This document shows, piece after piece, positions 1-12,658 of a stretch of 64,000 nucleotides of DNA. The notes under the pieces are model-generated. The model was not told the origin of the DNA, made no database searches, and saw nothing but the letters and a program-made list of their open reading frames with translations. Numbering within the stretch: position 1 is the first letter of the stretch; each line of letters starts with the position of its first letter. The DNA comes from Mizuhopecten yessoensis. Taxonomy: Eukaryota. The translations under genes and the position numbers were made by a program. The stretch covers positions 2,329,490 to 2,393,489 of the forward strand of contig NW_018408902.1 in NCBI RefSeq assembly GCF_002113885.1, given 5' to 3'.

Positions 1-297
1 TAATTGAAATAAATTGAAAGGTAAACAAGCAAGAACACAAATCGACGCGTAATTCTGACTGACGTTTAATCACCGATATTTCTCGAGATAATCACGAAAT
101 CAAAAATCTCGAAAATATTTAATCAGACAATCTTCAAATAAATTTTTAGTCGCGAATTCAGATTATTCCGAATATGTCGTTGAAAGGACAATTGCACAAT
201 CCATGTTATTCATGATAACATTAAATGATGTTAATTGATGAACTTAAAGGGAGTGAAAAAATCACTCACAAATCAAAAGTATATAACGTTTAAGTTT

Positions 298-311
298 CAT
301 CATCATCATAG

Positions 312-363
<52 letters not shown>
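298..363. repeat. (CAT)n microsatellite in an intron
   Basis: Near-perfect CAT run; explains the spurious poly-His ORF. Confidence 0.95.
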
Positions 364-373
364 TTAAATATAC

Positions 374-484
374 CTGGGACGCCGACAGCCTTGGCGAAGA
401 GAGACGTCACTTTACACGTGTACCAGACACACTTCTGAAACCAATTATCTCCGTTGTAGTAACACTTCTTACCAACTTGACATC
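374..484 (-). CDS. Cys-rich protein coding exon 5 (GCQVGKKCYYNGDNWFQKCVWYTCKVTSLFAKAVGVP)
   Basis: ctatctgtag acceptor, CAG|gtatat donor, 111 nt, phase 1-1. Confidence 0.85.
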
Positions 485-3400
485 CTACAGATAGAAAAGT
501 TGCATTTTGGTTTTTAAGAAAATGTATGTTAGATAATCAAACAACCAACAATATTTTATAATCAATATTCTCCTGCTTTATCCAATTATTTCATCTCAAA
601 TCCAAAATCTGTGTCATCTATAGACCAAAATGGACAAAATAACTATTTAAAGTCAATAATGTCCTTTACCATAAGGCTTTCCAACACAAACCAAATCGTT
701 TTAATCCAAAATCCAAAATCTGAGGCGGAAACAACATAATTATATTACATTTCAAGGGTTTAGATCAACAATCGATGGAAAGGTCACCCTGTGTGATGGT
801 ATTTATAGAAAAGAAAGTGAGCTCTCCGAGTCTTAAGAATTCTCCGGGGCTTACATTTTTGTTACAAAATCAACACCTCTGATTGATGAAAAAACACGAT
901 TCACATCCTTAGAAGAATAAATCATTTTTCTTTCAGTTAACTTTTGAATACCTACAACATGTGTTTTGTTTTCGCACTCAGGATCTCCATTTCTCCCAGA
1001 AAGACATGTTATTTCAGGCCCCGGGTAAGTTTACTACTATTTCCCCCATTTTCATCAGTTGCATGCATCTGCGTCTGCTATGTATTCATGAAAATACGAA
1101 ACAGTCTTCCCTACCCTTCTTTATTAAGAATAAAAAGTGTTTTACACATTTAGTTTACCATCGGGGACAGCGGTATTTTTTGTACATATTTATGGATTTC
1201 CTGGCTTTACGTCCATAAAGCATCTCGTCCGATGGTGCTGTCATGAATATGTATTAAAGTGGGAAAAAGACTTACAAAATTCTTCCGTCGAAATTGTCGG
1301 TGCTTCGGGAGGAGATACATAATTTGAGGTGACATTTTTACAGTGTTGATCTAAATCCCTAAAGCGTTTAGTATATACCCTACCCATCAGGATATATCAA
1401 ACTGTATATTGTCCTGCTATTAGTTATTGGATGTGACAACATGATATTTTTCTTTTAACGCTGGAGGTGAAATTATATTTCGACAGGTGATTGGGGCTTG
1501 TTTAAACAAGCAAAGTTATACTATGACGTGCCTTGTTTGACGTTAATCACTTGTGCGGAATACTGCATTTTGGCAGTCTGGGCACTTTGACTGGTAGTAA
1601 CGTCACAGCGCTTGAAGTCACATCCCTCTTTCCACTCTGATCCGTTAGGCTTGCACTTGTTTTTACCTTTCGTATTCACTGTACACTCTGCAATGATTAC
1701 CATAAACATTAAACGAACCTATTTTACACCGAATGGTCTGAGTTTTATAATCTTCATATACATGTGGTACTTCAACAAAACAGCCGGATCAAAAGCGGAT
1801 GATTTACAAAGTTTTCTATTTAATTGTTAAACACAAGTACTTCATGAAAGAGTTTCTACAACATACAATCATAGTTTTATGCGTCATACATACCTTATAT
1901 GCATATATATATATAAAAGACATCCATTTTATATTCATCTTCTTTGGAAAGATTCCATATAAAACAAACGAAAATGTTAATATATGAGACAGCGATTAAG
2001 GCCTTCTTCATAAAACGACTTTTAAAGAGTAGGACGTTCTAAAATTATAAGAAGATCTTACTAATTGAAAATATACGTAATTGTTTGTAAAGTGATATGA
2101 AACTTAATGTGAAAAAAACATTTCAAAATCAACCGTTTCTCTTGGAGTAATGAAATGTACCACCACCTGCTATGTTATATCAAAGTTTTCGGTGGCCTTT
2201 GCCCAACTCGACCTGGATTTTATATGAAACCCTTTTTGTTTTTGTTTTGTTTCTTTGTGTAATGGTGTATTTATTCTGCCATGTTTTGTCTGAAACAAAA
2301 TAATTTACTCACGCATGTCGAGTTTTGTTTCGAAGACGGTCATGTTTCCATGTGTGTACGAGACACACTGAAAGTTGCTGCAGTCTTTCTTCCACTTCTG
2401 GTTAACATCGTAACACTTGTCATCCTTGACGCAACCTAAATCATATTTACGATTTCAAAACTGACATTAAAATAAAAACGAACTTTAAAAAAGTTTTTAA
2501 AACTTTTACTGACTGTGATTTCATTGAAAAGAAACATTGTCTCTATATTACTTTCAAAATGGGGAACGAATTTGCGTTGTAAATAAAACAAATTCGGTAG
2601 TAAGTAAAACCTAATGGTTTTATTGAATGGATAATAAGCGATATTTTGGCTAATTCGAATATCTCTTTTTTGTAAGGTTAAATATTGATATATAGTGTAA
2701 GATTTTTAGTCACATTGGTAGCCGTTCCGCAACTAACATGTGCTTTAAATTATAGGACATAGCGTCTTATAAATCAGGAATCTATTCGAAATGACAATGA
2801 CGTAATATATTGCAATGGCAGGGCGTCATGGTAACCTGGAATATATTACGTCTACATAGACATTACCCCGGCATCCTTTGTATGTTAAACATGACCACGG
2901 ACCTTCACAACGAACACCGTCACATTCAAACATTGTTTTGACGTCATAGGAACGACGTCAAAACAATACAGATCTCCTCAAACATAAACGTAATACACAG
3001 GAAGATGATTTCCTCTTTAAAATTTGGTAATGCATACAGTATGCGAAAGAATGAGTTACACTCCGTCATAAGACGCATTGGTGATGCTAGGGGCCAAAAC
3101 GATGGACATTCAAATTCATCTACTGTTGAAACAGAAGAAGAGTTGAGTAAAACTCAATCATTTACCCGTTAATTTCAAATTAATTAACAAGTAAAGGGTG
3201 TATACAGAGTTTGTTTAAACACTGATGCTGGTATCCTATTTAGTTTTAACCAGTTGATCGAAATGAAGGGGGGAAACAAGTTAAGGTTACATATGCAGTG
3301 TTTTGACAAAAAAAATTTCTATACATTACCATGGTGCTTACAAACAATGACAAAAACCTATGATATGTTTAAATATATCAGACAATGTTATATCACTGTC

Positions 3401-6193
3401 TGATTTCAGGCTATGTTTATGACGTAAAATGTTTTCAGCACAGAAGAAATATCTCCTGCAGAAGATATAAAATGACTCAATAATTCTCTATCGAGAAAGA
3501 ACTGATACTTAGAACAGACTCTGGAGAGATGAATTTATTATGACAAGATCAAATTTTAAGAAAATATAAAGCAACGTCAGCACACGAATTTAGAACTTCT
3601 GCAGTATCTATATGAAAGGACAACACCAGGAACAGAAGAGACGCTTAATCAAAACAAAACTACAACCCCCTCCCTAGAAAAGCCAGAAAGTGAAACCAAA
3701 TATCATTATTTATCTCCTTCAATATATTTATACCAACACCTCCCTGCACTCCGGTAATCAAAAATATATTGAGAAAATGTTTTTTTGATATTATGTAGCT
3801 AAAATATACATTAAGAGGATTAAAGTATGTATATTCAATAAGTATGCTTAATACCAGTATATGTGTTTTTAATGTTTAAAATGGTATTAAGTGTCAATTC
3901 ATGTTATGTATTGCACCCAGATGTTGCAAAGGTGTGTCATCATAAACACTAGTAAATATAGATTTTAAATCAAATTAAAATACAGGTAAAAATAAACCTA
4001 CCTAAAAAGTGATTTTAACCATCCTTAAAATACTACCTTAGAATCCAATAGTATTATTTAAGATAATACTATGCATTGCAAGTCGTTTTTAAAGAGGGAG
4101 AGGAAAACGTCACAACACACAGAAAAAACTAGGAACACAAAGATACACATTGGCCACCATACAAACTGTCAGGACAATAAAACAAAATGAAAGACACCGT
4201 AACCTCCTTCCACATAAAACATCAGATGCTCCAAATTACATACAAAAATATCGGCGTACTTAGATAATTATGACGTTAACGATCAATCAAAATGACTATC
4301 ATCATTTTATCACAAGTAAAATGGTTTGTCTTGTAATATAGAGCATTGACACAGAAAATAAGACAATAGGCAAAAACACAAACAAATCGTTGTTACAGAC
4401 AATAGACTAATGTTAGCACTCGCGTCAGTATGTTAAGGGTAGATAGTACCGTCCCTACACCTGTAACGTAGACAGGTAAGGATGGTGTCTGATACACTCA
4501 CCTGTATACTTGGGGTAGATAGTACCGTCCCTACACCTGTAACTTAGACAGGTGAGGATGGTGTCCGATACACTTACCTGCATAGTTGTGGTAGATAGTA
4601 CAGTCCCTACACCTGTTACTCAGACAGGTGAGGATGGTGTCTGATACACTCACCTGTGTATTTGGGGTGGATAGTACCGTCCCTACACCTGAAGCTCAGA
4701 CAGGTGAGGATGGTGTCTGATACACTCACCTGTATATTTGGGGTAGATAGTACCGTCCCTACACCTGTAACTTAGACAGGTGAGGAATGTGTCTGATACA
4801 CTCACCTGTATATTTGGTGGTAGATAGTACAGTCCCTACACCTGTAACTCAGACAGGTGAGGATGGTGTCTGATACACTCACCTGTATTTTTCGGGTAGA
4901 TAGTACCGGCCCTACACCTGTAACTCAGACAGGTGAGGATGGTGTCTGATACACTCACCTGTATATTTGGGGTAGATAGTTCCATCCCTACACCTGTAAC
5001 TCAGACAGGTGAAGAAGGTGTCTGATACACTCACCTGTATATTTGGGGTAGATGGTACCGGCCCTACACCTGTAACTCAGACAGGTGAGGAATGTGTCTG
5101 ATACACTCACCTGTATATTTGGGGTAGATAGTACCGTCCCTACTCCTGTAGTTCAGACAGGTGAGAATGGTATCCGATACACTCACCTGTATATTTGGGG
5201 TAGATAGTACCGTCCCTACACCTGTAGCTCAGACAGGTAAGGGTATCGTGGTTCCAGGTATCGCCATGGTTGTACTTTCCACATTTGGCTACAGAGATGG
5301 AAAAATACGCTTAATAGTTGCAGTGTGTTGTCAACATAACAAATCATAAAGATAAAAGTCCTTTATTCGTTTGATTGACAAAGGAGACCTTTTGTTTTAG
5401 TTCAGTTAGTTAAAACAGTATCCAGACAAATCTACCAATAGCAGACTTAACGTAAATAGTTTAACAGAATATGACAGAATAGATCAGAAGGTCGTTTTTC
5501 AAAATACATGAAGTATTTTATTTTGATACACATTCAAAATCTTGTGAATAATCTTCTCAATCTTGTGATTTCAGTTATAAAATATTCTGAAATATATATT
5601 CTAAATCGTTTGACTAGCATCCTTTGTTGATTTCTTATGATTAATATATCCTTAAAAATATTTCTTTTATCAGAACATTTGACCTTTTGCCTTTACACTT
5701 GCCATACATCATGCCTATCTAAAGGAACGCATTCCTATGAGAGCAAAGCCTTTACAGTATTATTTTATCAGTTTTTCGATTTCCAAATCCTTATATTGTC
5801 TTCATACATTGTAATTTGTGCTTTTGACAAAAAGCAATGTTATATTTTTTTATTTTTTTTTATATATAATATAAACACATTTTTAACTATCAATAAAAGA
5901 TTAAACATGAATACATTATAAGGTTTCTAGGATGTTTATGAATTTCTTAAAACCAAAAATTACTTTGAATAGAAATCAAAATATTAGATAAACATCACAA
6001 TTTTCTCTCAATAAAATCTTTACAACAGAAATCACAAAATGAAGAAAAAGATCACAAGATGTTCAGATATAGCAACCGTTGACACGCCATATTGGTCATC
6101 CATACATTTGTTCTTACCTTTAACTGAAGCCGAAGTGACGTAGGCTATCACTTGGACCAGAACACATGACACAAGCAAGTACCTCAGCATCAT
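374..6193 (-). CDS. Secreted Cys-rich modular protein (VWC/FN1-like 4-Cys+Trp modules); 5 coding exons seen, continues past the window start
   Basis: Exons 6118-6193, 5187-5288, 2313-2435, 1532-1687 and 374-484 join in frame through phase-1 introns. Hydrophobic signal-peptide-like N-terminus, then repeated C..C..W...C....C modules. Confidence 0.85.
1532..1687 (-). CDS. Cys-rich protein coding exon 4 (QCTVNTKGKNKCKPNGSEWKEGCDFKRCDV...INVKQ)
   Basis: cattgcag acceptor; 156 nt, phase 1-1 if the AG|gcacgt GC donor is used. Confidence 0.75.
2313..2435 (-). CDS. Cys-rich protein coding exon 3 (GCVKDDKCYDVNQKWKKDCSNFQCVSYTHGNMTVFETKLDM)
   Basis: atgatttag acceptor, gtgagt donor, 123 nt, phase 1-1. 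Confidence 0.85.
4436..5240 (-). repeat. 76-bp tandem array (~10 copies) of the 3' part of exon 5187-5288 plus its donor
   Basis: Period 76 bp; unit contains ...ccccaaatatacag|gtgagt...; the first copy overlaps the exon. Confidence 0.95.
5187..5288 (-). CDS. Cys-rich protein coding exon 2 (AKCGKYNHGDTWNHDTLTCLSYRCRDGTIYPKYT)
   Basis: ttttccatctctgtag acceptor, CAG|gtgagt donor, 102 nt, phase 1-1. Confidence 0.85.
6118..6193 (-). CDS. Cys-rich protein coding exon 1, signal peptide (MMLRYLLVSCVLVQVIAYVTSASVK)
   Basis: ATG follows an acceptor at 6203-6204; hydrophobic core; AAG|gtaaga donor. Confidence 0.85.
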
Positions 6194-7377
6194 GAAAATT
6201 ACCTGCAAATATCCAAAACAAAATAAATGAAGTATTGCGTTAGAGAAATATATGTGCACCATTTTAATGAATTGTTATTGGAGTAATTCTTGAAAAACTG
6301 TTTCACGTAAAAGAGGTATACATATTGCACTATGATTTAAATATTCTTAATTATCCACTTGACAGTTTTAGCAGAGGAAAATAAAAACAAAATAGAACAA
6401 AAAGGACTGGAGTCCTACCAACTTTTCAACAATTAATATTGATACATAATTGACATAAATTTCAGATGTATAAGATGCATAAGATAAGTAACACATACCA
6501 ATAATATATACTTCACATAAGGATTAAACGGCATTTTTACAAGTTTTTGTTGGTTATGAAAACACATCGGTTACATACATATTCCACGAAGCTTTGCGTT
6601 CATACCGGCATGAACAATGAAACCTGCCGTTCAGTCCTTATTTTACGTTCCAAAGTTTTAGTTGTTATTGACCTAATATATATATTACTTCATATTTGCA
6701 ATATTGAAGTGTCTTTGTCGTCAGCGCAAATGAGATTCCTAGAACAACCTAACGTCACCAACATGTTTGCCTCTAACGGTTGCATCATGTTATTCGAGGC
6801 GGGAGCTTCAATATGACGGTGACCAAATTGTGTTCATAGGTCTATGAACGACACAATTTCTTCTGGTTTTAGAGGACCTTGCAGTGGAAATGTAAATATT
6901 TGTGTATGATTATCTCTTTAACGGATAAATATACTTCCAATTGTGACCTAAAGCCTTGTTATGTTTTGGATCGACCTGTAAGAAACACTTCACATGTATA
7001 TATGATTACATTATTATAATTAAATAATCAACGCGCAACAGTTTTCGTATTAAATGTTTTCATGTGTTTATACTAATGACCCAAATATGGTATCTTGCAT
7101 TCTTTTATCTAATATGTCAAAGATAAAGAAAACAACAAAAGTAACGAAAATCTGGTCGTATTACCTCTTATGACACTAGATAATACATAATACAATATAT
7201 TATTTTATCAACTTTTCACGTTGTTAAATTCATGTCAATGTTTTCATAAAAGTCATATGTATGAATCACATATAACAATTTCATTTAGTTTAAATCTTCC
7301 AATAAAGATACATATCAAGACGATCTTTGATTGCTAATAAAGATGGTACTAAAACGTCAATAAGTGATATGTCTCAC

Positions 7378-7451
7378 CTTAGTTGCCGAGGTCCCTGGTC
7401 CCAGGTTTCTGCGTGTTAGTGTCTACCGTGACAGCTATCGGCTGTTTTATC
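7378..7451 (-). promoter_or_regulatory. Probable core promoter and non-coding first exon of the Cys-rich gene
   Basis: TATA-like GATAAAA at 7445-7451 in a CpG-rich patch; AAG|gtgaga donor at 7378/7377; the ATG exon has an acceptor, so an upstream exon is needed. Confidence 0.5.
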
Positions 7452-9529
7452 CGAGAAAAATCGCGCGCCACTCGGCACTAAACCGCGCGGATTAATATTT
7501 TAGTACTTGCTGTGATGCTTCATTTATGGGGGCAGAGCTAACATTTTTTTGGAAACGACAGCTTTTCCTTTTGTGCATTGGAAATGCCACCCAATAAAGT
7601 GTACGTATTACTGTCGGAACTGACACGTTTTATGGTAGAGACGGAGCTGACAGCTGACGTGGAGAAAACACTATGTGGACAGTCCAGGAAATTGACATAA
7701 CTTATACTTTCGCTGCTACAGTATTAAATCTATATATATTTTCATAATGACCAGTTGTGTTTACGTGGAAAGAATGGAATTAACTTGAAAATAGAGTATT
7801 AAGCGTAAGGAGAAGATGAAAACCATTTGAGTGTGTTATGCAATAAATCTTTGGCAGGGCGATAAACATAGGATTAATATACTAAAAATGGTAGAGAATT
7901 ATTTGTGATGTCAAAGCTTTCAATAAAGGGCTTCTTGTTCGTTTTTTCACACATTCTCATCGGTAACACATTGCTAATGACCAAAACGCTTTTACATTGC
8001 GAATCGTTCAGAAGAAATATCACGGAAAAAATGTCGGTAAGTTAAAATACCTTGATCAGTCCTTGTACGTAGAAAGTTGATTGATGGGTCCTTTCTATAA
8101 ATATGAATAACTTGACGCAACGTTGATCAAAGTAATCGGTATCTCTTTCCTGTATTATATATTGTTGTTGTTTGCCATCTCTATGAGTGCGCGTTAACAA
8201 TATAAATATGTTCCAATTGAAATAAGACTTGTTTTTATTTGTTAAAACATCACACTCCTAGCAACTAATTGTGATACATTGCATTATAGATATGATAATT
8301 GTTATTTTTAACCTTTTAACTCAACTAAGCATAATTTATCATTCAATCGGTTAAAGCCCCTTTCATTAAAGCTTCGGGACGACAACCTTGGTAAGTCAAT
8401 ACGCAGATCAGCGTCATAGACGGCATGCAATACTGAGTAGTCAAAAGTTTTAACATGAGTTGTTTACGATAATAATGGTGATTTAATATTCTCCAGAAGA
8501 TCTTGATATTTTTTTTCGAAAAAAAAAAGAGTTTAAGCATACTTCGATACTGATTATGCAAGTAGTGATATCATTCAATTATGGATTTTGAAAAATTCGG
8601 AAGAACTTCTGGTGACATTGAATCTCCATCATTTTGTAAAACGGCTTCTTTTAAAACCTTTGGCGTAATAAACCACCGTTTTCAAATTTCAATTTTAATT
8701 ATGTGAATAGAATTTGTTTTTCTTTCTTTTAATAAACATCATACTGGTAAAAAGAATAATACACGTATGATCATATTGACGACATATTGAAGTTTTGGTC
8801 AACATCATTGTTGATTTCAGTCGACTTTCTGTGTTAGCGTACTACTTTTGGCCGATCATCATACAACTTAACTTATTCAAAGGTTTGTCTAGTCCTTCAA
8901 GTTTGTTTTAGTTACATTTTGATGTAACAAGAAATATATTTTAAAATTCCTTCCATCTTATTTATTCTCCAAAACTAGAAATGAATATACCAGTCTCCTT
9001 AATTTCGTTATCGTTAATATTCATTTCCTGAGTAGTAACATACTAACCTTCCCTGCTTTGAAATTCACATGTAAAAGTTGATTCGCTCTTAGTTCGTGAT
9101 ATGCTTTCGTGTTTGGTGTCTCCACCGTTCATGTTGGTAGTCTATACGTGTCTTGCCCTTGTGCATTTCGTTTTTGATTTTTTGAAATTCTATTTCACTC
9201 TAAAGTAGATAATAACAGCATTGTTTTCGCGACCATGCTTTGTACAATTGCCTGTCAGCAGTCGAAAACAACGAAACGGCACCGTAGTATGGAAATACAG
9301 AAGACCATTACGAAGGATGTACAGATCTTTCGTTCGAAACGAATTGTACCATATACATGTAAGACGACTTTTATCTGGTAATAGAATGATTTGTATTATG
9401 TTGATCGGGTCATTTCCTTTCATTGAAGCTCAAGTACTGGAAAGGTTTTTTAAACACTGAAAAGCGTTGCTCGTTAGTACATCAGTAGACAGTCAAAGTA
9501 GTTAGTCCAAATCAATGTAAAGATCTGAC

Positions 9530-10390
9530 AGAGCTAGATATTGGGATGCTCCAAATTGATCAGTTCAATTGCAAACACGTACGACATTCGCCTGCTCTGG
9601 GATGACGATCTATCGTCTGTGGTACCGTTTTAAGCACGTGAGTCAACAACTGACCGCCCATACTTGGCAGACCACGTGTCACCACCTGTCATGAGGACCG
9701 TCATGTACGACTACGCCATTTACGGGACAGGTCTCTTTCAGCCGCAGTCACCAAATGAACGTTGTTTCCTAGTCCCCGTATATATGTAAGTGGCCGAATC
9801 TTATGCAATCGTTTAAAATCCAATCGTTTGCAAGCGTGTCGGCCAATTTGAAAAGACCCTATAATTGCCTTAAGTTGGATCCATGAATCACGTTCTGTTC
9901 TCAGAAGACTCGCTTTTGTTTGAATTATGGTGATCACAGACTGTTGCAATCGCCATCGTGACAATTTCGCTGTTGGCGGCATCATGGTTTTGGTTGCAAT
10001 CACGCCAGGGAAGTTGTGTTGAAATTTGACTTGGTCCGTTACAGATATGAAATATTAAGATCTTTCGTTACCCCTACTTGCAGCGTCATGGAGCAGGTGC
10101 CATTTTCCAACAAGACAAAGCAACCCCACACACTAGTAAAGCCAGCAGGACATTTCTAAGAGAAAACAATTTCACTATGTTAGATGCCCTACGAAGTCCC
10201 CGGAACTGTCGCCAATAGAACATGTTTGGTATGTCATGGGCAAATTGAGTTCGACGCTACCGGATACAACCCTGTAACTTAGAAGAATTCGCTCTTGAAA
10301 TAGTTGATAGAGGAATGGAACAACATTTCCGTTACTATGCGACGGCGCATTAATGCGGTGATGTAGGCTAATGAAAACACAACCAATTTT
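9530..10390 (+). mobile_element. Decayed Tc1/mariner-like transposase remnant
   Basis: Frameshifted fragments GRPRVTT..EDRHVRLRHLRDR, ESR(F), IFQQDKATPHT and SPELSPIEHVW match Tc1-family motifs. Confidence 0.8.
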
Positions 10391-10890
10391 AAGTTTGTTA
10401 TTTATCATTATGTAACCCACCTGTCATTCAAGACCCGTAAAAGCATCCAGGTGTTACGGCATATTTCATCTAATAAATGAAAGCTGAACGTTACACACAC
10501 ACAGTGGTGATTCCACCTTTCCCTGCGAGTAAATATTTTCACGGTTTACGTCGTTACAGATGAACCGTGACCAGAACTGAAAAGATGAACATTGTTAATA
10601 ACTCGGATACAGAAGTAACAGTAATACCAACCACGAATGTTTGTTTAATTGTGTACGTAAAACACGTGATGGTATTGTAAAGCGTCATGATTCATATATA
10701 AGGACCCCTGTCACACTGCAGACAAAACGCCCAAGAGAATTACACTAGTTTCGTACGAATCGAAACAACCCGTGACTTTATGTTTGGATACAACTAAAGC
10801 GCGACTTTGCAAGGACGCTACCGTTAACCAATTAGTTCATCTGGTTAAAGCGACAGTAAAATGATCGGAGGTCAAGTGCTCGAGTTCCCA

Positions 10891-11126
10891 GGGCCGTATT
10901 AATGTAATGCTCAAGCTTATTTTCTTTTACCGCGTTTAAGTTAATAATGAAACCTTATTTTGTCAACGATTTGGAAAATATTTTAAAGAGATTCAAAGCC
11001 GAATACTGATTTCAATGTTTACAATGGAGTTTTTGATCGTTTGACACGATTAAGTGAGTTACAAGAAAGCTGGTTTGAGCACAGGATCCATGCTTGAGCA
11101 TAAGAGCAGTTTCATGAATACGGCCC
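10891..11126. mobile_element. MITE with GGGCCGTATT terminal inverted repeats, next to a tRNA-like SINE head
   Basis: gggccgtatt...aatacggccc ends, with subterminal atgctcaagc/gcttgagcat. Confidence 0.6.
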
Positions 11127-12584
11127 AAGTCTTTATCAGTTGCATTTTCAGAGATGATTTATCAAAGCTGTAGCCATGCTTTGAAAAATCATCTAGCATA
11201 CTATTATATAGTTACAGTCTTAGCAGTGGTATGGAGATACTTATACAGTATATAAAATAAAGTGATAAAAATCATTTTTATTCATATATTTTTTATTTAC
11301 ATTTCCGCTTTATACACTGTATTTGTAATACATTGTATATCAGAGTAAAGATTCACTCTTTCATACACAGACCTAATCCACATAAAGACCAAACAAACAC
11401 AGTTTGTGTGTCTTGTCCTGTAGCTCAACAACTGACTATAACGTTTCGATTTCTCAACTTTTAAATTACTAGTATCTCTTAATACATTTTCATGTATTTC
11501 CAAACCAGTTTTCTTCCTATACAAATGACATTACTGATTTTAAATATATTTTCTTGAAATTGGATTTTACAAAATAAGTACAAAGCAAAAATCATTTTTC
11601 AAATGATACGTTTCAATTCATTCTAAAACGAATTTGTGTCAGATCTAATGTTGTAATGAAAGTAGGTTTAGAAAGCTAATAAGGATCTTAAAAAAAAGGT
11701 ATCTGTTTATCTTAAGATTTAGGTCTATTTCAAATTTGTATCAGTAATGAAAGTAAAATATTATTTAACTTATAAAAGTTGTTGTTGTTTTACATATACA
11801 AACAAATAATATCTCTGGATCATGCTTCCCTACCGGTGATAAAAAATAACTACAACTGGTTCAGAGGTCAACAGGAAGAATCAAGACATGTTCATGGAAC
11901 TAGAAACACAGATAAGTTTCCTTTGGCCTTTTTCTACAGTTTTTTTATGACTTAGTCACAAGGAAGATTGTGCTAACATGAAAGACATATATAGATATAT
12001 AATTTTAAATACAAATCATTGTACACACGTGAAAAACTTGAGAAATCTTTCTTACATGAACAGGGTTGGTACAAATCTCTACATAGACAAAAACTGAATA
12101 TTACTTATAAATGAGTCAATTTCACGGAAATATGCAAACAAATCAAGCCCACATTCAATCTTTGTGAATTTCTCAACAATTTAATGTGTGCTGTATGTAA
12201 ATTTCAACTATCTGAAATGAATCCATTATGATAATGTAAAATATAAATGAAATTTTTACAATTTGTTTTACTAATTTTTAAGCTTTTATTAATTAAATGA
12301 CACATGAAAACACTCCACAAACCTTTTAATATTAGATTAACATATCATTACCTATAATAAAAGGTTTTTGCACAATTAATGCATTTGAGGAAAATGAATA
12401 TGATTTTCTCATGAAATGAAGTAATCAAGGTGCTCTTTATCTTGATCAAGTACTGATATGAATTCAGGATATTTTAATCAACAGGCACTGACAACCATTA
12501 TAAGCAGAATTATTGGAATTTTTTGTACACCATCGAAGGACTTAATCTGAATGCAGGGTTGCACAAGGACCAACCCAGTCACCA

Positions 12585-12658
12585 GAAGACTCATTTGAAC
12601 TCTTCCAATTCAAAGGTTGGAATAGTTCATTATGAAATTTCAAGGGTGAATGAGTTAA
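12585..12658. mobile_element. Partial copy of the ~85-bp TTAA-flanked MITE
   Basis: Near-identical to 62323-62408 but lacks one terminal repeat. Confidence 0.7.

Noticed and set aside
235-438. Poly-His ORF
   Set aside because: Translation of a (CAT)n microsatellite, antisense to a real exon.
4436-5240. CRISPR-like appearance of this and other arrays
   Set aside because: Head-to-tail units with no unique spacers, no cas genes, and a eukaryotic spliced-gene context.
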